A DNA stretch of 59,110 nucleotides from a virus (IMGVR_UViG_3300025626_000029:1-59110); one strand, 5' to 3'; positions 49,401-57,288 are shown, counted from the stretch's first letter. The notes: generated from the sequence alone by a model not told the origin. Program-made: numbers and translations.

Positions 49401-52195
49401 AAGAGGTTATAAAAATGGAAGAGATGAGATCTTCTAAAGTCTCTATAGGTATGAAAGGTCTAGGAAAGATTTTACGAGAACTCAACAAAGACCTTGGTGG
49501 TAACTGGGTGAGCCGTAAGTTGAAGGGTATAGATACTGAATACATTGTTAAAGCACGTATGTTAGCCAACAGATTTATGATGGAGGTTGACAAATCAGCT
49601 GTTGTTAATGATATACTTGAGTTGAAAAACGGTGAGCGTATACTTAAAAACTTAAGAGCTGTACGTGCTATCATAGATGAAAAGTCTGCTGCTTTGGTAA
49701 CAGATAGTACATTCTCTAAGCTGCCAAAAGAAACAAAAGAGAACATCTTAGAAAACATTGGTACATACATGCACCGCTCTTACAGGTTCTTTGACGATCC
49801 TACATACAAGTTTAAGTTCGGATCTATAGGCAAGTATCTAAATCTAGGAAAGAACGAAAGAAACAAAGCTGTACAAGAAGAGTTTTTAGTTCTTTATAAC
49901 AACTGGATTAACAAGCTTATTGACGAAGCTGGATACACCAGAGAGCAAGCTGTTGAGTCAACATTGGTAAAGGCTTCAAAAGGAAGCAATAAGGGATACT
50001 CTAAGAGAGAGTTGATTATAGATGAGGCTAAGAGAAATATAGACAACCTTATTAAAGAATACACTGAGCTTCTCGATAACAGAAAGAAGATGAGAGCTCA
50101 AGGTAAAGGAACCAATATTCCTAATAGTGCTTTCTTGGAAAAGAAGGATATACCGGCACACATCAGAGAGCTTCTTGGCGAAGTCAAAGATCCTATTGCA
50201 CAAATGGCGGCAACAGGTGAGGTGCTGTTTAACATCTACGAAAAAGGTAAGATGGTTGAGATGATTGCTGACGGCATAGAAGACAACCTAAAAGATGTTT
50301 ACGCTAAAGAAGAGTTTAAAAAAGATTTCTCTAAGCTTACTAAGCCACAGAAGAAATTGATATTAGACCGTGTTAATCAAGAGCCGATGATCATTTCCAA
50401 CAACAACATAAAGGAAAGACAGAAGGCTACATACAAACAGATTAACGACCCTATGAGTCCATTAAACACAAAGTGGGTTCATAATGATATCATTGAAATC
50501 ATACAGTCTAAACCAATTTACGAGACAAGCAAAGATGGTATAGAAGGTGGTTTCTGGAGAGGTTACTTCTTTGCATTAAAGAATCAACGTATGGTTAACG
50601 TTATATTGAATAGCCCGACATGGGGTAAGAACGTTATAGGTACAATGTATTTTAACTGGGCTAACGGATGGTTCAATCCTACGAAGCAAATGGTTAACGT
50701 TAAAAACATGGCTGAAGGTATTCTAAATGGAGACCAAAAGTACATGGATATGCTTACCGAAATGTCAGAGAATGGATTAATAGGTCAGTCATTTAATGTA
50801 AATCAAATCGGTCTTTCTGGATTCTCATACTATTTCTCTGTAACTGGAGACAGGTCCTTCTACGATAAGTACGTGGGTAAAGTACGTAATATGGGCAAGA
50901 AGGTTATTGCCGACTTAGGATCTACTTATGCTGCCGTTGATGATTTTGGTAAGATGTCTATCTATCAAAACGAAAGAGAGTCTTTTGCTAAGAAACTTTA
51001 TGGTGATGAGTACGCTAACCTAAACGACACACAGCAGAAAAAAGTTAGAGCTGCCGCTGCCGAACGTGTAAAAGACAACACTCCTACATGGGGTAGAATC
51101 ACTAAGCTTGGTAAAGCTGTACAGAGAATGCCTATTGGTGATTTCCAGGGTTTCCGTTTTGAAGCGTTTAGAAGTACCTATAGAATTATAGCGAACTTAA
51201 GAGACGATATTAAAACACTAACATCAGACGATACTTTATCTGACAAACAAAAATCCGAATACAGAAAAGACATCCGCAGAAAACTTACCGGTCTTGGATG
51301 GGTAGGAGTATCTGGTCCTTATGCTATAATCAAATCCGTTGCTTATGCTTACAGTGGTGTACTTGGTATGCTTGGGTTTGATGATGAAGAAGAAACAGAA
51401 CAGCAAAGAAAGAAACAAGCAGAGATGTTTGAGGCAGCAACAGTTGTTAGACCAGGATGGTTGAAAGACCACAAGGTTTGGGTTAAATCTGTTGATGATG
51501 ATTTAAAGGTTCGTGTATACGACTACACTGGATTTGATCCTTACGCTGAGGTCTTTGGATTTGATGGTTACTTTGGCGTATTAGGCGATGCTATACAGCC
51601 TAACATGGCTGTAAACCTTTTAACTTCTTTATCTAAGAATGAAGATGTTTATGGTAGATCAATCGCTGATCCTTCTGATCCAGCCTTTAAGCGTGTTATG
51701 GACATGGCTAAGTATGGAGGCTCTCAGTTCTTACCTTCTTTAATAACGTCTTCTTACAGAGATGCTTCTAAGAAAAACGAAGAGATAGAAAAAGCTGAAA
51801 GATACTTAAAGCTACAAGGTTTGAATCCAAAAGACTTTGACTTGCAAAGAGTAAATGTAGCAAAGGAAACTTTAAAGCTTATTTCTGAAAGAACCTTTGT
51901 ACGTGACTACGAGTATGATTTAGTACAGCAGTTTAGATACGCTGTTAAAGGATATAAGAGAAGCTTTGACGAGAACTACCTAACTACAGATTATCCAGAG
52001 CACAGAAAGAAAATCTTAGATGATGTAAGGGATATGTATTATTCTGTAATTAAGGTTGCTGCTTACAAAGGAAACTTTCAAAAAATAACGGATGTAAATA
52101 AAATTATTAAAACCAACTTTGATGATTTTGAAGAGTCCTATATTTTAAACAATACTGATTTGAGCAGTAAATTCCCAAAAGGATATTTTGATTAA
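43403..52195 (+). CDS. Giant (2930 aa) polyvalent ejection protein with internal RadC/JAB domain
   Basis: Position after nozzle; SENMFLVV...FIHNHPSGNLNRSSGD...LLDGLII at ~48450-48820. Confidence 0.75.
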   Translation: MPQDKLSVQDFASQIKAKYPEYNEYDDSVLVDAILEKYPVYKGQVDYAPKKKEATAGESLVGPSVSTEPTEVETPPNPFFESLKKADLAFGRGIAKTPILAELVSGSNSVVGGILDYANMAYDFARSSGMPGGFNSALFQTITSFDEPNLVEQAADIFANNSEYIRNTRNAQAGITKEEAEKGIIGLAQDGQIAKSAFLLFSGATEAIPSVALAATTGVGTVAVSAGGNKYREIENNPAYSPSEKLLFATAAGIVEGLAEKMGGADLAAFRKIFSTQASTEAYKQFFIQSVKASDIYKQMAKGGLEEGFEEALVNSFDQMVAGVKEGKPFEVNKLVDDFLVGMVAGGGTIVTANGMSARGSIKNEKARAKNAQQIKDLQDKKKEASQEQVNVIDDMIKKNISSLRTLIDQDVEFFGKFSTEDQKRIRDIDSGLNSIAKKRELTSDDSQLYLLQTEAVELLVEKDAIESKYRNNEENALIEKATDEQIDEIRNLEAVILDKKQRLENTESKTAADLIKSQIETLESELNKKITDIIGTVETKPAAPTETFVPEDEPTPVTIDLNVDKQAQPDRFEDLIDGRVTMKSPSGKQVAGRIVDEGAGKMSLLTDDGDIIELGNMDDLKGNFADEIGLAKAEEIVSIDGNKITIRGEQYENNYSDPLAAINRDDEGSIVSVNLDAANGTKRTFRGNIGDEVAYNIITSQYEQEELEKQLEILAKQDEKINQQLATAPETEVAPTQTATTNIEQAPEQEPEVAPQPKKRIQDNQVPVKKEVIRVKSNDGSYVDYTVTTNLDGSYKSSSITYDENGNETGRNTSTSIGKGSTALDAVKQNVADESLGDIVTVESTQSGEDFMNPKKKAALTSGQKNKLKSKQAPSEKPAVEKKSEPSTTGDTELQKLTAYVDYFKSNPEAKTKIPGPKFPKTYGLDISVEVYNLPNGRYDIEASYDVRRKGEIFGSTSMSSKTNYDLNGGSSFEQALDIAFSNIDNSLLNKSNPVYTESELAKIKGVFIENWKAETLIGRADVESKKTDNTDMITRFAGASDMSSGNPNRQWENEEDFYSKVTRGTGMSDEFKTQIGIAAVINNAKRDRDVINGKKPTSNNELVSKPLDSIERFRTVGKQGKIEYFAGREMSPGKGWKAVYGTPLASKLVDIDDVLVKAGLKKEESVEPVKAKPTVKTVTPKKDSKPIPSKSEIIDADLTTGMSLKSDKDAKNFQEIRKFGIGVVIETTPKKFISEHIKAVSAKYTFVAPGYSQNTIPEVQKVIIDFVKDYNAKINSIDKEARPFSQLIDSRKKAIDTIKSFVKEKADAIGVNKILFDSVTIDGVSKVLTFADAIKQIDDSEFSKLRNYTEENIKEEETIIAGVKLTKEEAKRAKGFIPSAEDLKNFFTTENGKGAEFTVPNKEWWEAAKKIMNLGSGVSVRLHIYEGGYDKNPKRKKTKDAPKNIMIHGSDKGAAKSVKDVLDFKYKGLKGIEAVSALEQDYFHNLANPWLKKTVTGTKIKFDPKEVGQVMWANNGMYGFELITKARAFDALSKGKGAKRLVMDGFDADSFSDYATESNLIQDIKDLRAEGLDVVKQYVSAVAKAFNETEDNVAKRLGFEALTKDEEVVAVKYPKTEELKGTDAAPSGAYTDQKTQVVNSKQLGPIRFKSSMVAKNKTEEFTLQQRIYERNDAFNLTGPEKINGPSDVAFLLRHLESATSENMFLVVSTKEGDYKTIWLGTGTQNSAGVDMVQVAGLIDAARFDLKGKEVFVTFIHNHPSGNLNRSSGDLNVYRKFSKYIKSVPGVTLLDGLIINLDSGKFSTFNSATSEKLDVKTPDSVVPATVYSFSRKELYEPFSERPGVLTDNTKAAMFLSKLKINNSGKFGHLILDQSLAPTYFAFVDPNISAAEWARTIAVDAGRHGITTIIVGPIGDPKVLSTTNTLKKMSEVQVIDTKNTSGNTSIFEGNVEYVTVEESTPEFKEKQGYTPLTDEELDYPSRLQSALEKIKGFKWNQVQKEVIKMEEMRSSKVSIGMKGLGKILRELNKDLGGNWVSRKLKGIDTEYIVKARMLANRFMMEVDKSAVVNDILELKNGERILKNLRAVRAIIDEKSAALVTDSTFSKLPKETKENILENIGTYMHRSYRFFDDPTYKFKFGSIGKYLNLGKNERNKAVQEEFLVLYNNWINKLIDEAGYTREQAVESTLVKASKGSNKGYSKRELIIDEAKRNIDNLIKEYTELLDNRKKMRAQGKGTNIPNSAFLEKKDIPAHIRELLGEVKDPIAQMAATGEVLFNIYEKGKMVEMIADGIEDNLKDVYAKEEFKKDFSKLTKPQKKLILDRVNQEPMIISNNNIKERQKATYKQINDPMSPLNTKWVHNDIIEIIQSKPIYETSKDGIEGGFWRGYFFALKNQRMVNVILNSPTWGKNVIGTMYFNWANGWFNPTKQMVNVKNMAEGILNGDQKYMDMLTEMSENGLIGQSFNVNQIGLSGFSYYFSVTGDRSFYDKYVGKVRNMGKKVIADLGSTYAAVDDFGKMSIYQNERESFAKKLYGDEYANLNDTQQKKVRAAAAERVKDNTPTWGRITKLGKAVQRMPIGDFQGFRFEAFRSTYRIIANLRDDIKTLTSDDTLSDKQKSEYRKDIRRKLTGLGWVGVSGPYAIIKSVAYAYSGVLGMLGFDDEEETEQQRKKQAEMFEAATVVRPGWLKDHKVWVKSVDDDLKVRVYDYTGFDPYAEVFGFDGYFGVLGDAIQPNMAVNLLTSLSKNEDVYGRSIADPSDPAFKRVMDMAKYGGSQFLPSLITSSYRDASKKNEEIEKAERYLKLQGLNPKDFDLQRVNVAKETLKLISERTFVRDYEYDLVQQFRYAVKGYKRSFDENYLTTDYPEHRKKILDDVRDMYYSVIKVAAYKGNFQKITDVNKIIKTNFDDFEESYILNNTDLSSKFPKGYFD

Positions 52196-52210
52196 CTAAT
52201 ATATATAATT

Positions 52211-52435
52211 ATGAAAAAGTTCGTAGAGATTTTTAATAATGACAACAGCTACAATGAGAAGACGGTAATAGGTTTTTTATCGTTTGCTGTTATGGTATTG
52301 GTAATGCTTGCCGATGTAATCACTGGAGCGTTTGGAGCACACCTACCTATCAATGAGTTTACTTATAACAGTTTTGTTATTGTTACTTTAGGTAGCTTTG
52401 GTATCGCAGGACTAGAGAAGTTTGCTAAAAAATGA
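52211..52435 (+). CDS. Holin-like two-TM protein
   Basis: Two hydrophobic helices, basic C-terminus, directly upstream of endolysin. Confidence 0.65.
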   Translation: MKKFVEIFNNDNSYNEKTVIGFLSFAVMVLVMLADVITGAFGAHLPINEFTYNSFVIVTLGSFGIAGLEKFAKK

Positions 52436-52917
52436 TAAGAGCTATGGAGTTAGAGGTACTACGATTCAGCAGCCAAGATGATTCAACAAATGGAATATTA
52501 TTTGATGTTACAGGAGGACAAAGAAAGTTCTTGTGCTATACCCTTGAAGACGAATATCGTGAAGATAAAGTCATGGGTGAAACTAGAATTCCCGCAGGCA
52601 CATATAGAATAACACTTAGAACTGTTGGTGGATTCCACGGCAGATACAAAAAAAAGTATGGCGAGATGCACAAAGGAGCGTTATGGGTACGTGACGTTCC
52701 TAACTTTGAGTATATCCTTATTCATACTGGTAATACTGACGAACATACTGCTGGGTGTCTTCTTTTGGGTGATTCTCAACAAGCGAACTTTGGCTCTAGT
52801 AATGGTATGGTGGGGTCAAGTGTTAATGCGTATAAAAGAGTCTATCCTCCGATTGCTAAGGCACTTGAAGAAGGGGAATCGGTAAGTATTACTTATGTAG
52901 ATTTTGACACTGTATGA
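52432..52917 (+). CDS. DUF5675-family putative endolysin
   Basis: CYTLED...RIPAGTY...ILIHTGNT...TAGCLLLG. Confidence 0.75.
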   Translation: MIRAMELEVLRFSSQDDSTNGILFDVTGGQRKFLCYTLEDEYREDKVMGETRIPAGTYRITLRTVGGFHGRYKKKYGEMHKGALWVRDVPNFEYILIHTGNTDEHTAGCLLLGDSQQANFGSSNGMVGSSVNAYKRVYPPIAKALEEGESVSITYVDFDTV

Positions 52918-53330
52918 AATGGCTGGTAAAATTAACTCTATTGCTGTTATTAACGAGTTGCAGCGCTCAATGGCACTTAAAGAAAGCGGTGCAGAAGGAT
53001 CCAGCAATTCTGGAAAAAGACACGCTGGTTGTAACGACCACGGTTGTCAGCCCACCTGTGGCTATCACGGATACTGTGACTTTGAAGCAACACGATACTA
53101 TTACAATAGTGAAGGATCGTCTGAAAGTACAGCTAATAAAGGTGAACGACACGATTACTATAAACGCAGAATGCGCCTCGGATACGATAGTTCAGACTAT
53201 TAATGTTCCTTACGATAGGGTAGTATATATAGAAAAAGAATCTATATGGGACAAGATAAAGAACCTAGCTATCTATATGGGGCTGGCGTTCTTATTGTTT
53301 AAGTTAATAATGAAACAATTTGACAAGTAA
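52914..53330 (+). CDS. Unimolecular spanin-like lipoprotein
   Basis: Lipobox LLLTSC, beta-rich middle, C-terminal TM LAIYMGLAFLLFKLIM; follows endolysin. Confidence 0.65.
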   Translation: MKWLVKLTLLLLLTSCSAQWHLKKAVQKDPAILEKDTLVVTTTVVSPPVAITDTVTLKQHDTITIVKDRLKVQLIKVNDTITINAECASDTIVQTINVPYDRVVYIEKESIWDKIKNLAIYMGLAFLLFKLIMKQFDK

Positions 53331-53421
53331 CAGAAAAAAGAAAAATCAACATACTGTAAAATATTGTGAAATAGAACCTAAAGAATGTGACGGTAAGTGC
53401 TGTTACTCAAAGAGGAAAAAC

Positions 53422-53447
53422 AAAAAAGGAGGCTAATGCCTCCTTTT
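53422..53447. terminator. Bidirectional terminator between convergent modules
   Basis: aaaaaa-ggaggc-taat-gcctcc-tttt. Confidence 0.9.
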
Positions 53448-53515
53448 CTGATCTGTTAACTTAAACTCTATGAACCATCCAAGAGTGGGGGAGAGAGATG
53501 AAATGATCAATAGAA
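53422..53515 (-). ncRNA. Candidate ~90-nt small RNA antisense to the early-gene leader repeat
   Basis: Minus-strand TATCTTAG (53522-53529), ~90 nt with no convincing minus-strand ORF, then hairpin+U6; contains AGUUAACAGAU. Confidence 0.45.
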
Positions 53516-53545
53516 CTGGTGCTAAGATACTAATATTCTTTATAT

Positions 53546-53581
53546 AAAAAGAAAGAGGGGTAGAATAATTTCCACCCCTCC
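53546..53581 (-). terminator. Terminator after leftward mini-gene
   Basis: gaggggtagaa-taat-ttccacccctc hairpin with T-rich tail on the minus strand. Confidence 0.75.
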
Positions 53582-53588
53582 CTTAATT

Positions 53589-53711
53589 CTAACCGCTACA
53601 GCTCTCACATTCCGGGTTATCGATCGAGCACTGAGCATTCTCGTTCTTATCACTGGTTTCAAGCTCGTTGATAAAGTCAGCAAAGCTGTCACTCATCTGT
53701 AATTCAGACAT
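53589..53711 (-). CDS. 40-aa peptide resembling the redox-active C-terminal tail of class I ribonucleotide reductase alpha subunit
   Basis: Hand-translated MSELQMSDSFADFINELETSDKNENAQCSIDNPECESCSG*. Confidence 0.7.
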   Translation of the reverse strand: MSELQMSDSFADFINELETSDKNENAQCSIDNPECESCSG

Positions 53712-53762
53712 AGTATTATTGTTTAATGGTTAGAAAAATAAAGAGCTTGTAAAGGTAATCAA

Positions 53763-54140
53763 TTAACCCTTATACTGGAAGCCATGGTAACCCCTGTAAT
53801 GCAGCTGTGTTTCCAACAGATGGGCTACTTTAGGGTCTGAATATTGACCTACAATCTCGTAACCCTCAACAATTTTACCTTTCTTGTTGTGATCTTTCAT
53901 GCGGTGCAGGAGATCCTTTGTCATACCTACGTAATGTTCCTCCGGCAAGTAGTAAACAGTATATATTACATTACCACTCTCGTCTAAATCACCATAGAAT
54001 CTATTGCGTTCAGAGTCAATTTTTCTTTTACAGCTCTTGCAATAAGAACCTACACCAGATTTCCTAGAATTGTCTTTATGGAACAGGTGTTTTCTTTTTA
54101 ACCTATTGCACTTGCCGCATTTATACCTGCCCCTTTGCAT
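53763..54140 (-). CDS. Zn-finger + GIY-YIG-like putative endonuclease
   Basis: CGKC...CKSC then VYYLPEEHYVGMT...R...H...E. Confidence 0.6.
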   Translation of the reverse strand: MQRGRYKCGKCNRLKRKHLFHKDNSRKSGVGSYCKSCKRKIDSERNRFYGDLDESGNVIYTVYYLPEEHYVGMTKDLLHRMKDHNKKGKIVEGYEIVGQYSDPKVAHLLETQLHYRGYHGFQYKG

Positions 54141-54378
54141 TTTCTTCCAGGTGTTGGTGTACAGAAGACTTGATCATATCGAGCTCTAAACGCATTTTGT
54201 TTTTAAACTCTTTTGTTAATTCAAGTATCTGTTCTTCATCAAGCACTGGATTGCCGTAGCCATCGTGTAGGCTTTCATACAGCTCATTGATCATTTCGTG
54301 CATCATTGCACAGGCATTAAAGAAATCAATGCTCACGGAGTTGGTATCCATAGAGCTTGATACGACATAGGAACTCAT
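54121..54378 (-). CDS. Hypothetical protein
   Basis: Helical ORF in operon; true start probably at the MDTNS methionine. Confidence 0.65.
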   Translation of the reverse strand: MSSYVVSSSMDTNSVSIDFFNACAMMHEMINELYESLHDGYGNPVLDEEQILELTKEFKNKMRLELDMIKSSVHQHLEENAKGQV

Positions 54379-54703
54379 CTTTATTTAGGTTTTTGTTGAA
54401 CTTGGTACTCTGTTTTATAAAGTATTTAGGTGTGTCATCAATTGCGTACTCATTATCTTTTAAGAAGTCGCTAACAAATTTAGCACACATAATAGCGTTG
54501 TCTACATCGTACCTTGCGTTGTACTCTACCTCTAATGCATATTGTTCTGTTGTAAAAAGATCGTAATTGGTTAATGCTTCCTTTAGGCTTTTGGTATAGC
54601 TCTCTTTATGTTTTTTTCGTATTGTCCAGTGTCTTCCAGCGTAAAACGCATTCAATGATGGAGGTTTAGGCAAATACAGTACTATTTCGTTGTTTGTGTC
54701 CAT
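54326..54703 (-). CDS. RusA-like Holliday junction resolvase
   Basis: LPKPPSLN...YDVDNAI...DFL...DD motif. Confidence 0.75.
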   Translation of the reverse strand: MDTNNEIVLYLPKPPSLNAFYAGRHWTIRKKHKESYTKSLKEALTNYDLFTTEQYALEVEYNARYDVDNAIMCAKFVSDFLKDNEYAIDDTPKYFIKQSTKFNKNLNKDEFLCRIKLYGYQLREH

Positions 54704-54733
54704 ATACTTTATAACAAAATAGTGATTAGCTGT

Positions 54734-56560
54734 TTATAAAACCAGCTCTCCTTGCATTTTTTTTAACATAAGGGGTTTATACAGTGGACCTTGTGCTGTA
54801 AACGTTCTAAAACCTGTGTTTGATTCAGTCATTTGGAATAAGAATGGCTCATTATATACAGTTGGAGCACCCCCGGTTTCTGTCTCACGAACCTTGCGCA
54901 CATGGAATTCCATTGTCCTACGAGTGTCGTAGTCCGGAGAAGACACTTTTCTATGGAACGTAAGGAAACAATCGGCTCTATTCACGAACTTACCCCCGCC
55001 TTCAGTCATTGATGCTGTTGGCGCTACAGGTAGTCCATCTTCACCACGCATGCGTTGTGCCTCAGTAACTGCGTGCATATTTAACCAAACAGCCATCTTC
55101 ATACGATTAGCAAACGTTAAGAATTCAGAAGCTGCTTCATAATGGTACTCGTGGCTATTCTTATTTATCCCTTGAGCCATATCTATGCGTAAACTGTTGT
55201 ATGGATCTACAAAGAACCCATCGTAAGGTCCTTCGTGGTGTATAATCTTTTCAGCGAATAGTATAAGCTCTGAGTAGCTGTATACATCGTTGTTGCTTAT
55301 AACCTTGTAGTGTTTATTTACCCAGTTGTAAGCATACTTAATCATCTCGGTATCCATCTGTCGTATAGGCATATCAACAATGAACTCCATAAGCCTCATC
55401 TTAATAGATGCTGTTTTATTCTCAGAGCTGTATATGATCCACTTCCAGCCGTGTTGTACAGATGCGTTAATCATAAGGTGTAGTGCTAATGTAGTCTTAC
55501 CTACGTTGCTGATACCGTTTATGATTGTAAAGTCTTTCTTGTATCTAAAGTTTCTGTCAAGGATGTCGTTACCAGTTGTTAGACCCACCTCTATAAGCCC
55601 AGAGGCGTATTCTGTAATCCAGCTAAAATCAAGGTCATCATTAGATACAAAGCTAAAGTCATTATCGTTGAGTTGCATCTGGCGTATTGCCTTACTCTCG
55701 CCATCTATGACATCACGGATAGGCATCTTCTTACCCGATTCAATTGCATCGTCTATAGCCTTACGTGCGTTGTCTTCGTTATCTACTTCTTTCTTTAGTA
55801 TCTCACGGAGCAATACTCTGCGAGCTTCTTCTTCCTCTATTCTACCAGCTGCTACAAAACCCCCGGCTAAATGTGCGGCTTTTACGAGCTCGGTATGCTT
55901 CTCTCCATCTTGAGCACGTCTAATTATAGAAGAAATAACAGCAAGCTTGTTGTAGTCAGTGATAACCTCTTTATGTGAGGCAACCTGTACATCTTCAGTA
56001 TCGGATACTATAGATGAGAATGTCTTGCTGTTGGTGTTTATAATTATGTCTGGATCATACGACTCAAAACACGCACGAGATTCATTCTTACCAGAGGGAT
56101 CTACTTCTAACCCGTAGGTGCGCTCCATGTATTTTTCAATAGCCTTGAAGTGCTCACGGTGTTTTGATGGTGTACTTACCTTGACTAGAGCCTTGAGTCC
56201 ATCTCCACTTGGCGATACCCAACAGGCAAACACGTAGTCATCTGTAGCTAGAATAGTTTTTGAAACCTCTACATCTAGGTGGTCAAAGTCAAGAACGATA
56301 AGACCATTATGCGATACGAGTGAGTCATCTTTACGTAACTCAAACTGACCGCTAAAACATACTACTGGTAGCTCTTTCTTAGCTTCCTTGTCCGGAACCT
56401 GGTTTCCGTTCTGATCTATACTGTGAATCCCACGGACCCTCTCTATCAAGGATTTGCTCTTGCCACTCTTTATACGCTCCAGTGCTGTTTGTAACGTAAT
56501 AAGGTGAGGACCCTGTATGTCCCTTATATCCTTGAATATCGTTACCGTTAGATTCTCCAT
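54734..56560 (-). CDS. Primase-helicase (BT4734/VirE-N-like primase domain + SF4 DnaB-like helicase)
   Basis: LPVVCFSG, LIVLDFDH, SPSGDGLK in the N-half; Walker A GISNVGKT, FFVDPYN, HVRKVR in the C-half. Confidence 0.85.
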   Translation of the reverse strand: MENLTVTIFKDIRDIQGPHLITLQTALERIKSGKSKSLIERVRGIHSIDQNGNQVPDKEAKKELPVVCFSGQFELRKDDSLVSHNGLIVLDFDHLDVEVSKTILATDDYVFACWVSPSGDGLKALVKVSTPSKHREHFKAIEKYMERTYGLEVDPSGKNESRACFESYDPDIIINTNSKTFSSIVSDTEDVQVASHKEVITDYNKLAVISSIIRRAQDGEKHTELVKAAHLAGGFVAAGRIEEEEARRVLLREILKKEVDNEDNARKAIDDAIESGKKMPIRDVIDGESKAIRQMQLNDNDFSFVSNDDLDFSWITEYASGLIEVGLTTGNDILDRNFRYKKDFTIINGISNVGKTTLALHLMINASVQHGWKWIIYSSENKTASIKMRLMEFIVDMPIRQMDTEMIKYAYNWVNKHYKVISNNDVYSYSELILFAEKIIHHEGPYDGFFVDPYNSLRIDMAQGINKNSHEYHYEAASEFLTFANRMKMAVWLNMHAVTEAQRMRGEDGLPVAPTASMTEGGGKFVNRADCFLTFHRKVSSPDYDTRRTMEFHVRKVRETETGGAPTVYNEPFLFQMTESNTGFRTFTAQGPLYKPLMLKKMQGELVL

Positions 56561-56771
56561 TTGCTCTTTGATGTTTAAGTTCAGTTTCCAGATGTACTAT
56601 TGCTTTCTCAATATCTTGAGTCGCTGGGTTGCCCTCTTTCTTGCCAGCTCTCAGTAGGTAGGCTATTGCCACACCAAGGTTGTAATTATCCTCTTGAAAA
56701 TCAAGAACGACATCCATTGCCTCTATATTCTTGTACTTACCTATGTAGTACTTGGGTGTATTATCAGTCAT
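56379..56771 (-). CDS. DUF3310-like protein
   Basis: PKYY...IEAMDVV...YNLGVAIAYLLRAGKK...QDIEKAI; tail overlaps the primase gene. Confidence 0.7.
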   Translation of the reverse strand: MTDNTPKYYIGKYKNIEAMDVVLDFQEDNYNLGVAIAYLLRAGKKEGNPATQDIEKAIVHLETELKHQRANGESNGNDIQGYKGHTGSSPYYVTNSTGAYKEWQEQILDREGPWDSQYRSERKPGSGQGS

Positions 56772-56970
56772 CGAGTGAGTCTTTAATTAATCTACCTATC
56801 TTCTCTGGATCAAGGTGCTGTATTTTTCTGAGCTTTCTACGCTCTTCTTTCTTGGCTTTGTCGTAATCACTCTTTGAGTTCTCAATCCCAAGGTTAACAA
56901 ACATACGTGCGTTTTGCATAAGTACGCAGTCAATAACCTTCTTGTGTTCTTTGTTGTCTAAGTATCCCAT
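56764..56970 (-). CDS. Hypothetical protein
   Basis: Overlapping stop/start in operon. Confidence 0.7.
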   Translation of the reverse strand: MGYLDNKEHKKVIDCVLMQNARMFVNLGIENSKSDYDKAKKEERRKLRKIQHLDPEKIGRLIKDSLDD

Positions 56971-57242
56971 TGGAAATCTTCTATAAAAATTGGTGTGTAT
57001 TCTCCTACATAAGTATTAAATGTATTGTACTCTAGGAAGTCCATAGCATCCTCTACAGACTCTCCTTCTTCTACAAGTATATCTATACATTTGTTCCTTG
57101 AGTAAACAGCTCTAAGGGAGTTTGGATCGATACCTATCAAAGCATCATCAAATCCAGCAGCTAACAACGGTCCTTCATCACTGTGGTCTCCGTAGTGTTC
57201 AATGATTAAATCTTTAATTGACATAGTGCTATTTTTTCTCAA
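56958..57242 (-). CDS. Hypothetical phage protein
   Basis: GFDDALIG...AVYS...YNTFNTYVGEYTPIF; start probably at MSIKD. Confidence 0.75.
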   Translation of the reverse strand: MRKNSTMSIKDLIIEHYGDHSDEGPLLAAGFDDALIGIDPNSLRAVYSRNKCIDILVEEGESVEDAMDFLEYNTFNTYVGEYTPIFIEDFQWDT

Positions 57243-57288
57243 GGTATAAACATTTACTTATTTAAACAAGTCATGTTTTGTAACGTGA

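Noticed and set aside
3835-51472. Many antisense and alternate-frame ORFs of 60-175 aa overlapping long genes
   Set aside because: Shadow ORFs of strongly coding frames, with no motifs or independent expression signals.
43403-52195. Virion RNA polymerase as in crAss-like phages
   Set aside because: No DFDxD/DxDGD catalytic motif found by eye; the nearest match (GFDAD) lacks the first Asp.
52904-53203. Embedded o-spanin in alternative frame
   Set aside because: No signal peptide or lipobox; the main ORF already has both a lipobox and a TM helix.
53320-53436. 38-aa Cys/Lys-rich ORF after the spanin
   Set aside because: TTG start and a stop inside the terminator; possible but not supportable from sequence alone.
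53470-53547. Plus-strand ~25-aa ORF following the ATCTGTTAACTTAAAC copy
   Set aside because: It lies downstream of a terminator with no plus-strand promoter seen and overlaps the minus-strand promoter. Kept only as an alternative reading (relic cassette) of the sRNA finding.
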